From Prevotella sp. (GTDB taxonomy: Bacteria > Bacteroidota > Bacteroidia > Bacteroidales > Dysgonomonadaceae): a stretch of 56,330 nucleotides of DNA. Position numbers and translations under genes: made by a program. The stretch's first letter is position 1. The number at the start of each line of letters is the position of its first letter. The stretch is from assembly GCA_031285625.1 (NCBI GenBank), contig JAITVV010000038.1:1-56330 (forward strand), read 5' to 3'. Shown piece by piece: positions 29,681 to 40,847 of this stretch. Under the pieces are notes generated by a model. The model had not been told where the DNA came from and made no database searches. It worked only from the letters and a program-made list of their open reading frames with translations.

Positions 29681-31495
29681 ATGATAAAAAACATGAATAA
29701 AACTATAGATCTGGATTATGGAGTTATAGGAAATGGTAAAACGGCAGCATTAATATCAAAAAGAGGGAGTATAGACTGGCTCTGTTTCCCGTCTTTCGAT
29801 TCACCTTCTGTTTTTACTAAAATTTTGGACAATGAGATTGGAGGAAGCTTTGCTATAGAAGTGGCTGATGATTATCAGATTATCCAGAAATATATTAAAG
29901 GAACCAATATCCTGTCCACAATCTTTACTTCGAAGGAGGGCAGTTTCGAGTTGCTCGATTTTATGCCCCGATACAGGACGCAGGATATGGATTATTATAT
30001 ACCACCTGAAATATACCGTTATATAAAATTTCTGGACGGGAAACCCCGGTTTAAGGTAAAATACAATCCAGTAATGAATTACGCGAAGGAAACAGCTATA
30101 CATAAGAAATTCCCTGAGCTGATAAAAACATATTCATGTGAAGACAAGAGGGAAAATATGTATCTCTATTCCAGCCTCAATTTTGATGCTATACTAAACG
30201 AAGAAGAAATAGTTCTGGAAAAAGATGAGTTCTTCTTGCTGGCCTATCATCAGAAACTGGTACCTATAGATATTGACCGTGTCAATCTGGAATATCAGCG
30301 GACAAAGGTTTACTGGCTCAACTGGAATAACCGTTCCCGCAAATTCTATCAGTATAATGAAGCCATATCGCGAAGCCTTCTCATCCTGAAATTAATGTCC
30401 TATCAGCATACAGGAGCGGTTATGGCCGCACTTACTACAAGTATTCCCGAGACAATAGGGGAGGTGCGCAACTGGGATTACCGTTTTTGCTGGATACGGG
30501 ATGCTTCTATGTCGATGGAGACTTTGCTTTCTATGGGACACCGATCGGCAGCCCGGCGGTTTATGGGATTCATAAAGAGGATTCTGCGATCCAAGTCGGA
30601 CTCGTTCCAGATAATGTACGGTATAGATGGCAGCAGGGTACTCAAAGAAGAAGTATTGCCGCATTTGGCTGGTTATGCCGGTTCCAAACCGGTCAGGGTA
30701 GGAAACGCTGCATATAATCAGAAGCAAAATGATTCGTTGGGATACCTTATGAATGTGATATACAATTATTATTTGCACTTCCCGGGTACGTTGGACGAAA
30801 TTGAAGAAATGTGGGAAATTGTAAAAACGATTGTGAAGACCATATTTGCAGAATGGAAAAATACGGATCAGAGCATCTGGGAATTCCGTAATATTGAGAA
30901 ACACTTTGTCTTCTCAAAGGTTATGTGCTGGGTTGCGATGGATAGGGCAGTCAGTATTGCGTCATTTCTGGGAAAGACCAATTATGAAAAAGAATGGAAA
31001 GAAGAGGCGGATAATATAAAAAAAGACATTCTGATACATGGCTGGAATAAGGACATACAAAGCTTCACTCAATCATATGGCAGCAGCGATGTGGATTCTT
31101 CTTTGCTACTAATGGAGCAGTACGGATTTATTGAAGCTAATGATGAAAAGTATATAAAGACAGTAAAACGGATTAAGAAGGAACTGATGCACGAAGGATT
31201 GATGTACAGGTATAAGAACAGTGACGATTTCGGTCAGCCTTCTTCATCTTTTACTATCTGTACATTCTGGCTCGTGCGGGCGCTTTATGTGACAGGGGAG
31301 AAGAAAGAGGCTCAGGCTATTTTCGACAAATTACTATCTTATTCTAATCATCTGGGACTTTTTAGTGAGGATCTAGATTTTAAGACCAAACAGCAACTAG
31401 GTAACTTTCCTCAGGCATACTCACATCTGGCTTTAATTAATACAGCTAATTTGTTTGCAGAGGAAAAACCTTTTTCCAAATTTATAAAACCATAA
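29681..31495 (+). CDS. Glycoside hydrolase family 15 (trehalase/glucoamylase-like)
   Basis: RNWDYRFCWIRD, IWEFR, GLFSED, LGNFPQAYSH. Confidence 0.93.
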   Translation: MIKNMNKTIDLDYGVIGNGKTAALISKRGSIDWLCFPSFDSPSVFTKILDNEIGGSFAIEVADDYQIIQKYIKGTNILSTIFTSKEGSFELLDFMPRYRTQDMDYYIPPEIYRYIKFLDGKPRFKVKYNPVMNYAKETAIHKKFPELIKTYSCEDKRENMYLYSSLNFDAILNEEEIVLEKDEFFLLAYHQKLVPIDIDRVNLEYQRTKVYWLNWNNRSRKFYQYNEAISRSLLILKLMSYQHTGAVMAALTTSIPETIGEVRNWDYRFCWIRDASMSMETLLSMGHRSAARRFMGFIKRILRSKSDSFQIMYGIDGSRVLKEEVLPHLAGYAGSKPVRVGNAAYNQKQNDSLGYLMNVIYNYYLHFPGTLDEIEEMWEIVKTIVKTIFAEWKNTDQSIWEFRNIEKHFVFSKVMCWVAMDRAVSIASFLGKTNYEKEWKEEADNIKKDILIHGWNKDIQSFTQSYGSSDVDSSLLLMEQYGFIEANDEKYIKTVKRIKKELMHEGLMYRYKNSDDFGQPSSSFTICTFWLVRALYVTGEKKEAQAIFDKLLSYSNHLGLFSEDLDFKTKQQLGNFPQAYSHLALINTANLFAEEKPFSKFIKP

Positions 31496-31912
31496 ATAAT
31501 GAGAATAGAGCAAAACCACTCTATAGGCAATCAATTGCCCTTTATCAGGATATGGATTGAAGGGGCGATTAAGAACAAATGCAACGAGAGTATTTGAAAA
31601 ACAAATTAAAGAAAGTTGTCTAATTGAGATACGTTACGAAATATATTACCATTGTGTAATAAAGAATAGTTTTAATGCTTTTGAGTAATGTTAGTCGTTC
31701 TCTGAAAATGCTGCTCAAAGGTGTTATTTTAGATAATCCAGAGAAAGAAAAATATTATTGTGAGGTTAAATAAACTTTGTTATTGTGTTTTTTGAAGTTT
31801 TGTTTATTGATAAGGGATAGAAAGATGTTAAGTATATATTCAGAAATATATTAGTTAGGAATATAACAGTATTATAAATAAGTTATTTCTAAATTTGGCT
31901 AAAATAATTACT

Positions 31913-32518
31913 ATGAAACTATTTGAAAATAAAGAACGAACTGATACAAAACCATCAAGATATATTGACAATAAATATGATTTTTATGACCGAAATAATC
32001 AACCCCATATATCAAGAGTTAGGGATATATTAAATGATTGGTTTTCAAAATATCCAATTGATGAACAAAATGAACTGGAAAGTAGATTTAAGAAAGATTT
32101 TGAATCAGCTTTGTATGAATTGTACCTCTTTATTTTCTTTTCTCAATTAGGTTTTGATATAGTTATACATCCTAAATAAACCTTATATTATTTGTATAAA
32201 TACTTTTACTGGAACTTTCTTTAACGAGGAAAATTAATAGATGCTATTTGGGGTAGCACTTGCCAATATGAAGATGAGAATAAAATTTTCAGATTAGATA
32301 ATGGCTTCTTCGGTAGTATAAAGAATAAGAAATATACACGTGTTAGTGGCGTAATGATTACTAATGTTATGGATGCTAATTTACAATCTGCAAATTATCT
32401 ATTCTGCAAGAATCCTTATTCAATATATGATTTTGACTTTAGTATTATGGGATTAGACTATTATTCCCTTATCGAGAATAATGTAGTCAAAATTATTTCA
32501 TCTAATTATGAAAAATAA
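31913..32518 (+). pseudogene. Hypothetical protein remnant with internal deletion
   Basis: N-part WF..YP..FESALYEL..GFDIVIHP*. C-part IDAIWGS..DNGFFG..YTRVSGVMIT..KNPYS..YEK*. Confidence 0.6.
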
Positions 32519-32558
32519 AAAGGACTAAAATAAGTTTTAGTCCCTATTTTAGTCCTTT
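32519..32558. terminator. Inverted repeat 3' of the tRNA (terminator and/or integrase site)
   Basis: AAAGGACTAAAATA / TATTTTAGTCCTTT with an extra internal TTTTAGTCC. Confidence 0.65.
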
Positions 32559-32580
32559 GTTTTCGTAATCATCTGATATT

Positions 32581-32666
<86 letters not shown>

Positions 32667-32794
32667 ATTAAAATGCTTTTCTCCAAAAGCGATGCAAATG
32701 TAGGTGTTTTTTTTGTTTCTACAAACTATTATTACAACTTTTATTCACTCTTTTTATAAGAAGCTAGTTATCAGCTAATATTAAGATGCAAGAT

Positions 32795-34057
32795 TTATAC
32801 AATATATCTTCCTAAATCACTATCCGGATCAAGAACTGTAAAATCAAGACCATATTCAACCATACGTGAAATCAGCCCATTATAATCATCTATCGTTTCT
32901 AATTCAATACCAACAAGTGCAGGACCATTCTCTTTTTCATTCTTTTTCATATACTCAAAACGTACAATATCATCACGATCTCCCAGCACCTTATCAACAA
33001 AGTCCTTCAAAGAATTAGCCCTTTGTGGAAAACGAATAACAAAGTAATGTTTCAATCGCTCAAATATCAAAGAACGCTCTTTTATCTCCTGCATGCGATC
33101 AATATCATTATTACTGCCGCTGACAATACAAACAATATTTTTACCTCTTATTTCTGGAGCATAATGATTCAGAGCAGTAATACTCAAAGCTCCTGCAGGT
33201 TCCACCACAATTGCATTTTCATTATATAATTTCAAAATAGTAGAACATACCTCACCCTCCGGAACCAGACATATATCATCCACTACCTTAGAACAAATAT
33301 CGTAAGTCAAATCCCCCACCCTTTTTACAGCTGCTCCATCAATAAATTTGTCGATATGAACAAGTGTGACCGGATGACCTGCTTTAAAGGCAGACCTAAG
33401 GCTAGGTGCACCTTCCGGTTCAACAGCTATGATTTTTGTATCAGGAGAATGATCTTTTATATATGCCCCTACACCCGAACACAAACCTCCTCCACCAACA
33501 GGTATAAATATATAATCTATCGGAATTTCAGGTAATTGCTTTAATATTTCTAAACCTATGGTTCCTTGCCCTTCCACTATATAAGAGTTATCAAATGGAG
33601 GTATAAAAGTCATATCATGAGCTTCCGTGTATTCTATCGCAGACTGGGCACAATCATCAAAAGTATCACCAGCTAGTATTATCTCAATATAACCGTTGCC
33701 AAACATCTTAGTCTGCTTGATCTTTTGCTTAGGTGTTATCTTAGGCATAAAAACTACACCTCTGATCCCCATTTCATTGCAACTGTATGCAAACCCCTGC
33801 GCATGATTTCCGGCACTGGCACAAACAACCCCTTTTTCCAAAACAGTACGGTCAAGTCGGCTAATCATATTATAAGCTCCTCTTAACTTATAGGAACGAA
33901 CAACTTGCAAATCCTCTCTTTTGAGATAAATATTGGCTTCAAAATATTGTGAAAGTGAGTTTAAGTATTGTAAGGGCGTTTCCTTCACAATACCTTTTAG
34001 TCGCTCCTCAGCTCTTTCAATATCGAGTCCAAATTTTTCTGTTAAACTTATTGGCAT
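32795..34057 (-). CDS. ilvA: Threonine ammonia-lyase (short form)
   Basis: KREDLQVVRSYKLRGA, ASAGNHAQG, VGGGGL, single ACT domain. Confidence 0.95.
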   Translation of the reverse strand: MPISLTEKFGLDIERAEERLKGIVKETPLQYLNSLSQYFEANIYLKREDLQVVRSYKLRGAYNMISRLDRTVLEKGVVCASAGNHAQGFAYSCNEMGIRGVVFMPKITPKQKIKQTKMFGNGYIEIILAGDTFDDCAQSAIEYTEAHDMTFIPPFDNSYIVEGQGTIGLEILKQLPEIPIDYIFIPVGGGGLCSGVGAYIKDHSPDTKIIAVEPEGAPSLRSAFKAGHPVTLVHIDKFIDGAAVKRVGDLTYDICSKVVDDICLVPEGEVCSTILKLYNENAIVVEPAGALSITALNHYAPEIRGKNIVCIVSGSNNDIDRMQEIKERSLIFERLKHYFVIRFPQRANSLKDFVDKVLGDRDDIVRFEYMKKNEKENGPALVGIELETIDDYNGLISRMVEYGLDFTVLDPDSDLGRYIV

Positions 34058-34214
34058 ATTCTATATAACATTTGATATACAAAATTAGAAAAATAAACTA
34101 TTAGTCAACTATAAAAATAAATTTAGACAAAAAGCAACAAAAACACGACCTTCTTTAGAATAATATCACATTTGCCATATAATGATATACAATCACTTAC
34201 AGTCTGTAATAATT

Positions 34215-34264
34215 AAAAAGGTGACAAAAGTAACAACTTTCCCAAACTTTTTCTTTGTTACTTT
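34215..34264 (+). repeat. Intergenic GTGACA/GTAACA element, copy A
   Basis: AAAAAGGTGACAAAAGTAACA...TGTTACTTT. Confidence 0.75.
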
Positions 34265-34380
34265 CCACAATATCAATTCGCAATAAAGATTCTTTATATA
34301 GATAAATCTTAACGTCATAATACAAATTATCCGATTGTGTTATTCAGGTTCTTTCAAATAAAATTTCCATTTCTTTTTTG

Positions 34381-34388
34381 TATATTTG
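34381..34388 (+). promoter_or_regulatory. -7 promoter box for lepA
   Basis: TATATTTG. Confidence 0.6.
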
Positions 34389-34454
34389 CAGCCTAATTTG
34401 GGGTAGTGTGCCTGCTTCAAATTCTCAGAGTAGAAAGACGATTATAATTACGGA

Positions 34455-36242
34455 ATGAATAAAATACGAAATTTTTGCATTATAGCACATATTGACCATG
34501 GTAAAAGTACGTTGGCAGACAGGCTTTTAGAATATACTAAAACAGTTGAAGGAAAAGACTTACAAGCTCAGGTACTGGACAACATGGATCTGGAACGTGA
34601 GCGCGGTATTACCATAAAGAGCCACGCCATCCAGATGGAATATGTATATAAAGGAGAAAAATATATACTTAACCTCATAGACACTCCGGGACACGTAGAC
34701 TTTTCATACGAAGTATCGCGGTCTATTGCGGCTTGCGAAGGTGCCTTGCTCATAGTGGATGCAGCACAAGGTATACAAGCCCAAACAATTTCCAATCTTT
34801 ATATGGCAATTGAAAATGATCTGGAGATTATACCTATCCTGAACAAGATAGATCTGCCAAGTGCCATGCCGGATGAAGTGGAAGATCAGATTATCGAACT
34901 ATTAGGTGTCAAAAGGGAAGATATCATTCGGGCCAGCGGCAAAACCGGTGAAGGTGTGTACACTATACTGGATTCCATAATAGAACGAGTTCCTGCTCCC
35001 AAAGGAGACCCTGAAGCACCCTTACAGGCATTAATATTCGACTCGGTATTTAACTCATTCAGGGGAATTATCGCTTATTTCAAAATAGTTAACGGCTCCA
35101 TAAAAAAAGGGGATCGTGTAAAGTTTTTTGCAACCGGTAAAGAATACGAAGCTGACGAAGTTGGTGTCCTTAAACTGGATATGTCACCTAGAAACGAAGT
35201 TACCTGCGGTGATGTAGGTTATATAATTTCCGGTATCAAGACATCAAAAGAAGTAAAAGTTGGGGATACAATCACACATGTAAAAAATCCATGTGAAAAA
35301 GCAATTGAAGGATTTGAAGAAGTAAAACCTATGGTTTTTGCAGGTGTGTATCCTATCGATAGTGAAGACTTTGAAGACTTACGCTCTTCTCTGGAAAAAC
35401 TTCAGCTGAACGATGCATCCCTGACATTCCAACCGGAATCTTCTGTAGCTCTTGGCTTTGGCTTCCGTTGCGGATTCCTGGGGCTCTTACATATGGAAAT
35501 CATACAGGAACGACTCGACAGGGAGTTTAATATGGATGTAATTACAACCGTTCCTAACGTTTCTTATATAGTCCATGATAAAAAAGGTAACAAGAAAGAA
35601 GTCCATAATCCTGCAGGGCTACCGGATCAGACATTGATAGATTATATTGAAGAACCATATATACGTGCATCTGTTATCACCAATACTACTTATATTGGCG
35701 CTATTATGACATTGTGCCTCGGCAAGCGTGGTATCTTAATCAAACAAGAATACATATCCGGTGACCGCGTAGAAATTATCTATGATATTCCTCTGGGTGA
35801 AATAGTAATTGATTTTTATGATAAGTTAAAAAGCATTTCTAAAGGATATGCATCTTTTGACTATCATATGCATGATTACCGCGAAGCGAGACTTGTAAAA
35901 CTGGACATACTACTCAATGGTGAATCCGTAGATGCATTATCGACACTAACACATATCGACAACGCAGTCACTTTTGGCCGTAGGATGTGCGAAAAGCTGA
36001 AAGAACTAATCCCCCGACAGCAATTTGATATAGCTATACAAGCTGCCATAGGAGCAAAAATCATAGCCCGCGAAACTATAAAAGCTGTACGGAAAGATGT
36101 GACTGCAAAATGTTATGGTGGTGATATCTCCCGTAAACGAAAGTTATTAGAGAAACAAAAGGAAGGTAAAAAACGCATGAAGCAGGTAGGTAACGTTGAA
36201 GTACCACAAAAAGCGTTTTTAGCTGTATTAAAACTTGACTAA
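34455..36242 (+). CDS. lepA: Elongation factor 4 (LepA)
   Basis: [20 protein letters not shown]...[14 protein letters not shown]. Confidence 0.99.
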   Translation: MNKIRNFCIIAHIDHGKSTLADRLLEYTKTVEGKDLQAQVLDNMDLERERGITIKSHAIQMEYVYKGEKYILNLIDTPGHVDFSYEVSRSIAACEGALLIVDAAQGIQAQTISNLYMAIENDLEIIPILNKIDLPSAMPDEVEDQIIELLGVKREDIIRASGKTGEGVYTILDSIIERVPAPKGDPEAPLQALIFDSVFNSFRGIIAYFKIVNGSIKKGDRVKFFATGKEYEADEVGVLKLDMSPRNEVTCGDVGYIISGIKTSKEVKVGDTITHVKNPCEKAIEGFEEVKPMVFAGVYPIDSEDFEDLRSSLEKLQLNDASLTFQPESSVALGFGFRCGFLGLLHMEIIQERLDREFNMDVITTVPNVSYIVHDKKGNKKEVHNPAGLPDQTLIDYIEEPYIRASVITNTTYIGAIMTLCLGKRGILIKQEYISGDRVEIIYDIPLGEIVIDFYDKLKSISKGYASFDYHMHDYREARLVKLDILLNGESVDALSTLTHIDNAVTFGRRMCEKLKELIPRQQFDIAIQAAIGAKIIARETIKAVRKDVTAKCYGGDISRKRKLLEKQKEGKKRMKQVGNVEVPQKAFLAVLKLD

Positions 36243-36265
36243 TAAAAGATTACAGTATAAAAAGG

Positions 36266-36295
36266 AAAAGAGGCTTATTATTAAGTCTCTTTTTT
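36266..36295. terminator. Bidirectional terminator
   Basis: AAAAGAGGCTTA..TAAGTCTCTTTTTT. Confidence 0.75.
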
Positions 36296-36298
36296 ATA

Positions 36299-36505
36299 TT
36301 ATTTATACCTTATTCCAGCAATAATACCTTTCTCTTTCAATAGGTAAAGAACCCTAAACTCATTTGCTGATTTAGCAACTTTCCCCTTCGAGAGACGATA
36401 TATACTAAAAGCACTCATTTTAGCCTCCCCTACCAGGTCTATAAACTTCTGTTTATCTCCAGAACTCCAATAATACGAAATAAAATCTCTAACAAATTTA
36501 CTCAT
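36299..36505 (-). CDS. Small basic hypothetical protein (68 aa)
   Basis: Occupies an otherwise empty interval and ends at the shared terminator. Minus-strand TATCTTTG box at 36610-36617. Confidence 0.6.
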   Translation of the reverse strand: MSKFVRDFISYYWSSGDKQKFIDLVGEAKMSAFSIYRLSKGKVAKSANEFRVLYLLKEKGIIAGIRYK

Positions 36506-36930
36506 CGATATCCCCCATTTGATTATTCAAACATATCACACCACAAAAATTGTAGTTATAGTAAAATTGTCGCTAAGGCTTGCAAGAGTTGTAAGAACAA
36601 ATCTTGGTACAAAGATACACTTGTATTTATTAATTACAATATCGGAAGAAAAATTTAAAAAACAAAAAATCATATTAACTTTTTCCAGACAAGAATGCAG
36701 CCGAATCTTAACCGAAAAAAAACAGAGTCAATCCTGCACAACTATTTATATATTAACTAAATAAGAAACATCATTTGTTAATATTGGCAGATTCTGAATA
36801 ATAAATATAAACTCCATTTATTATTTAGCAGTTTACCACTTATTTTTATTAATTTTGCAGTTTAAAAAACGACTATTCGAACAGAAACAGACAGAAAAGT
36901 TTCGGGTTAACTTACTAGCTAAAATATAAG

Positions 36931-37437
36931 ATGAATTTCAAGAAAATAAACACAAAGGATTTCACTCCCGATTCATTCGGACTAAAAAACAAATGGATGT
37001 TGATTACAGCTGCCAAGCCAGATGGTTCTGTCAATACAATGACAGCCAGTTGGGGAGGCTTTGGGGTAATGTGGAACAAAGAGGTAGCCTTTGTTGTTAT
37101 ACGTCCGCAAAGGTATACACGTGAATTCGTAGAAAGTAGTGAATCTTTTTCTCTTACTTTCTTTAACAATAGCTACAAAAAGGCCCTGTCACATTTAGGA
37201 AGTACCTCAGGACGCGACGAAGATAAAATAGCTAAAACAGGATTAACAGTGGTAATGGAAGATAGTATTCCATACTTTGAAGAAGCTGAGACAACTATTT
37301 TTGTAAAAAAGCTATTTATACAAAGAATCCAGGAGGATGCTTTCCTCGATAAAGATATCATTGAAAAATGGTATCCGGAAAAGGATTTCCACTTCCTGTA
37401 TATAGCTGAAATTGCAAATATCCTGACAAAAGAATGA
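36931..37437 (+). CDS. Flavin reductase family protein
   Basis: NTMTASWG, IRPQRYT, GSTSGRDEDK. Confidence 0.9.
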   Translation: MNFKKINTKDFTPDSFGLKNKWMLITAAKPDGSVNTMTASWGGFGVMWNKEVAFVVIRPQRYTREFVESSESFSLTFFNNSYKKALSHLGSTSGRDEDKIAKTGLTVVMEDSIPYFEEAETTIFVKKLFIQRIQEDAFLDKDIIEKWYPEKDFHFLYIAEIANILTKE

Positions 37438-37904
37438 AACACGAGGAAGTTACATTGGATAAATTCACTGTTGTAGGTATTTCTGTACGTACAACAAACC
37501 AGAATTATCAGTCACAAAGCGACATTGCTAAGTTGTGGGAGATATTTTTCAGGAACGGATATATCCAGCAGCTATTACCCAACAAGGTATCAAATGATAT
37601 TTATTGTATCTATACCGACTATGAAAGCGATTATACCGGTGAATATACAACCTTATTGGGGTATAAGGTTTCGGATACTGAGGGTATACCAACCAATCTG
37701 GGATTAGCAATAAAAGAATTTCCTGAATCCAAATATTATAAATATATATCCGAAGGAGAATTACCATATGCCGTAGGTAAAACCTGGGCACACATATGGC
37801 AGTCAGACATAGACAGACGTTATTTAGCAGATTTTGATATCTATGGCGAGGAGTCAAAAGATCCCAAAAATGCGAAGATAACAACATATTTATCCATAAA
37901 ATAA
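37434..37904 (+). CDS. GyrI-like effector-binding protein
   Basis: GISVRTTN, IYTDYESD, WAHIW, ADFDIY. Confidence 0.88.
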   Translation: MKHEEVTLDKFTVVGISVRTTNQNYQSQSDIAKLWEIFFRNGYIQQLLPNKVSNDIYCIYTDYESDYTGEYTTLLGYKVSDTEGIPTNLGLAIKEFPESKYYKYISEGELPYAVGKTWAHIWQSDIDRRYLADFDIYGEESKDPKNAKITTYLSIK

Positions 37905-37926
37905 TTTTATCACTTTACAAAGAAGA

Positions 37927-39819
37927 ATGAGAAAATGGCGCATCGAAGACTCAACTGAGTTGTATAACATCGCAGGTTGGGGAATTAATTACTTTTCTGT
38001 AAACGAGAAAGGTAACGTTGTTGTAACTCCAAGGAAAAACGGAGTGGCTGTTGATTTAAAAGAACTGATGGACGAATTGCAACTTCGTGATGTATCAGCT
38101 CCTGTATTGATCCGATTTCCGGATATTCTGGATAATCGTATTGAGAAAATATCCACATGTTTTAAGCAGGCTGCGGAAGAATATGAATACAAGGGGCAAA
38201 ATCATATAATATATCCAATCAAAGTAAACCAAATGCGCCCTGTGGTTGAAGAGCTTATCAGCCATGGCAAAAAATTCAATATAGGCCTGGAAGCTGGTTC
38301 CAAACCGGAACTACATGCCGTAATAGCAATCAATACTGATTCGGATTCGCTGATTATCTGTAATGGATATAAGGACGAAAGCTATATAGAATTAGCCTTA
38401 CTGGCTCAGAAAATGGGCAAGCATATATTCATTGTTGTTGAGAAGCTAAATGAAATACCTCTAATAGCTAAAATAGCCAAGAGATTAAAGATAACACCAA
38501 ATATAGGTATACGCATCAAACTGGCAAGCTCCGGTAGTGGAAAATGGGAAGAATCAGGGGGTGATGGCAGTAAATTCGGCCTGAACTCAAGTGAATTGCT
38601 GGAAGCTCTTGCATATCTGGAAAAGGCAAATATGCAGGATTCCCTTCGTCTTATCCATTTCCATATAGGTAGCCAAATAACAAAAATCCGTCGTATTAAA
38701 ACAGCTCTGCGTGAAGCCGCACAATTCTATGTCCAATTGCATGCAATGGGCTTCAAGGTAGAATTTGTCGATATAGGCGGCGGTTTGGGAGTAGACTATG
38801 ATGGCACACGGTCATCATATAATGAAAGTAGTGTGAACTATTCGATACAGGAGTATGTGAATGACTCTATCGCCACAATGGTGGATGCCGCCGACAAGAA
38901 CGAGATCCCCCACCCTAACATCATTACCGAATCCGGCCGTTCACTTACAGCCCATCATTCTATATTGGTATTCGAGGTGCTCGAGACAGCTACCTTACCC
39001 GAATGGGACGAAAGCGAAGAGATATCTGAAGATGACCATGAATTGGTAAAAGAACTATATCAAATATGGGATGATTTGAGCCAATCACGTATGCTTGAAG
39101 CCTGGCATGATGCTCAACAAATCAGAGAAGAAGGTCTGGACCTCTTTAGTCTGGGAATGTTGACACTCAAAACCAGAGCACAAGTTGAACGTTTGTACTT
39201 CTCTATCGCCCGTGAAATTTATCAGATAGCAGGTAGGGCAAAACATGCTCCTGAAGAGTTGAAACAACTCTCTAAACTGCTACCGGACAAATATTTCTGT
39301 AATTTCTCTTTGTTCCAGTCATTACCGGACTCCTGGGCAATAGACCAGATCTTCCCGATCATACCTATACATAGATTGGATGAGAAGCCGGACAGAACAG
39401 CCACACTGCAAGATGTTACATGTGACTCGGATGGCAAGATTGACAACTTTATATCAAACGGTAATCAATCGGCATATCTTCCTGTACATAGCATGAAGAA
39501 AAACGAATCTTATTATCTGGGTGTGTTCCTTGTAGGCGCATATCAGGAAATTCTGGGTGATCTTCATAATTTGTTTGGAGATACCAATGCAGTACATATC
39601 TCTGTAGATAAAGATGGCTATAAAATCGAACAAATGATAGATGGGGAAACTGTTGCCGAGGTATTAGACTATGCACAATACAATGCTAAAAAACTGGTAC
39701 GCACAGTGGAGACATGGGTAACATCCAGTGTAAAACAAGGAACTATAACAGTAGAAGAAGGAAAAGAATTCCTATCGAACTACCGTTCAGGACTTTACGG
39801 GTACACCTATCTGGAATAA
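37927..39819 (+). CDS. speA: Biosynthetic arginine decarboxylase
   Basis: YPIKVNQ, HFHIGSQ, TCDSDG, GAYQEILG. Confidence 0.98.
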   Translation: MRKWRIEDSTELYNIAGWGINYFSVNEKGNVVVTPRKNGVAVDLKELMDELQLRDVSAPVLIRFPDILDNRIEKISTCFKQAAEEYEYKGQNHIIYPIKVNQMRPVVEELISHGKKFNIGLEAGSKPELHAVIAINTDSDSLIICNGYKDESYIELALLAQKMGKHIFIVVEKLNEIPLIAKIAKRLKITPNIGIRIKLASSGSGKWEESGGDGSKFGLNSSELLEALAYLEKANMQDSLRLIHFHIGSQITKIRRIKTALREAAQFYVQLHAMGFKVEFVDIGGGLGVDYDGTRSSYNESSVNYSIQEYVNDSIATMVDAADKNEIPHPNIITESGRSLTAHHSILVFEVLETATLPEWDESEEISEDDHELVKELYQIWDDLSQSRMLEAWHDAQQIREEGLDLFSLGMLTLKTRAQVERLYFSIAREIYQIAGRAKHAPEELKQLSKLLPDKYFCNFSLFQSLPDSWAIDQIFPIIPIHRLDEKPDRTATLQDVTCDSDGKIDNFISNGNQSAYLPVHSMKKNESYYLGVFLVGAYQEILGDLHNLFGDTNAVHISVDKDGYKIEQMIDGETVAEVLDYAQYNAKKLVRTVETWVTSSVKQGTITVEEGKEFLSNYRSGLYGYTYLE

Positions 39820-39887
39820 TATTGAAGAGATTGGAGAGATAGAGCATTATTCTATCTCTCTGCCTTCACCCGGAACCTAACATTACT

Positions 39888-40706
39888 ATGCGAAAACTAC
39901 TTCCCCTTTTTATATTCTTATTATCTGTATCCTGTTATTCTCAAAAAGTAACAGTAAGGGGTAAAATATATACTGTAAAAGAAAAAAATATTGATCCCAG
40001 ATGGAATATAAATTGGGATAAGGAAGACGAAATAAAAAAAGAGATAGAATGGGGTAAAATATCTGTAAAAAACACAAACATACAAAAAGGAAATAATCCT
40101 GATGGCAGCTATTCCATAGATGTACACTACGGAGATACTCTTGTATTCTCATCTGCTTTTCCGGGAGAATATCAGGAAAAAGAACTTCCGGTTACAGATA
40201 GTATATGCGATGTTATTTTAAGACAAGCATGCCATGCCGGTTTTCCGTTAGCTTATGGATTGAGTTGGGAGCCAATGTTCTGGTTATCATTAAAAGGTAT
40301 TGTTGTGGATGAAAATAGCAAACCCATACCCAATGTTATTATAAGACATAAGACATGGTCGCAAAGCAGTCAACTTTACCACGAATATGAAACTGATAAA
40401 CATGGTCGATTTATAATCCTTGTGCAAACAGATGACAAATTGAACTTTAAGAAAGAATCTTATTCGAATACAACAGTCAGAATCAATGATTATATAAAAG
40501 ATTATCAGAATAACAGAGAACCCTATAACATTAATATTAAAGTAGGTGATAAGGAAGAAACCTACAGTTTATATTTGGACAAACAAGATGCCGACAAAAA
40601 CAGGGATTTAATTATTAGTATGGTTCCATATAAAGAAAAGAAGGTTAACGAAAATGAAGGAACCCATCCCACGGCAGAGGACATGAAGAAAAAATTAAGC
40701 CTCTGA
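39888..40706 (+). CDS. Secreted protein with carboxypeptidase-regulatory-like domains
   Basis: Signal peptide; DGSYSI..GDTLVFS; KGIVVDENSKPIPNV..TDKHGRF. Confidence 0.7.
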   Translation: MRKLLPLFIFLLSVSCYSQKVTVRGKIYTVKEKNIDPRWNINWDKEDEIKKEIEWGKISVKNTNIQKGNNPDGSYSIDVHYGDTLVFSSAFPGEYQEKELPVTDSICDVILRQACHAGFPLAYGLSWEPMFWLSLKGIVVDENSKPIPNVIIRHKTWSQSSQLYHEYETDKHGRFIILVQTDDKLNFKKESYSNTTVRINDYIKDYQNNREPYNINIKVGDKEETYSLYLDKQDADKNRDLIISMVPYKEKKVNENEGTHPTAEDMKKKLSL

Positions 40707-40764
40707 CTTTATTATAAACTAATAAAATTGTCTTATATAAAGATCACTAAAGTAAATTAAGCAA

Positions 40765-40813
40765 AAAGTAACACGAAAGAATAACGAAAAAACTGTCACT
40801 TTTGTCACTTTTT
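40765..40813 (-). repeat. Intergenic GTGACA/GTAACA element, copy B (inverted)
   Basis: Reverse complement reads AAAAAGTGACAAAAGTGACA...TGTTACTTT. Confidence 0.65.
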
Positions 40814-40847
40814 CGAAAAGCATAAAATATATTAAACTAAAAAACGA

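Noticed and set aside
36519-36764. 81-aa plus-strand ORF
   Set aside because: TTG start, no motifs, and it overlaps the likely promoter of the opposite-strand small gene.
39834-39860. Hairpin after speA as a novel RNA
   Set aside because: A simple 10-bp stem, best explained as a weak terminator or stabiliser.
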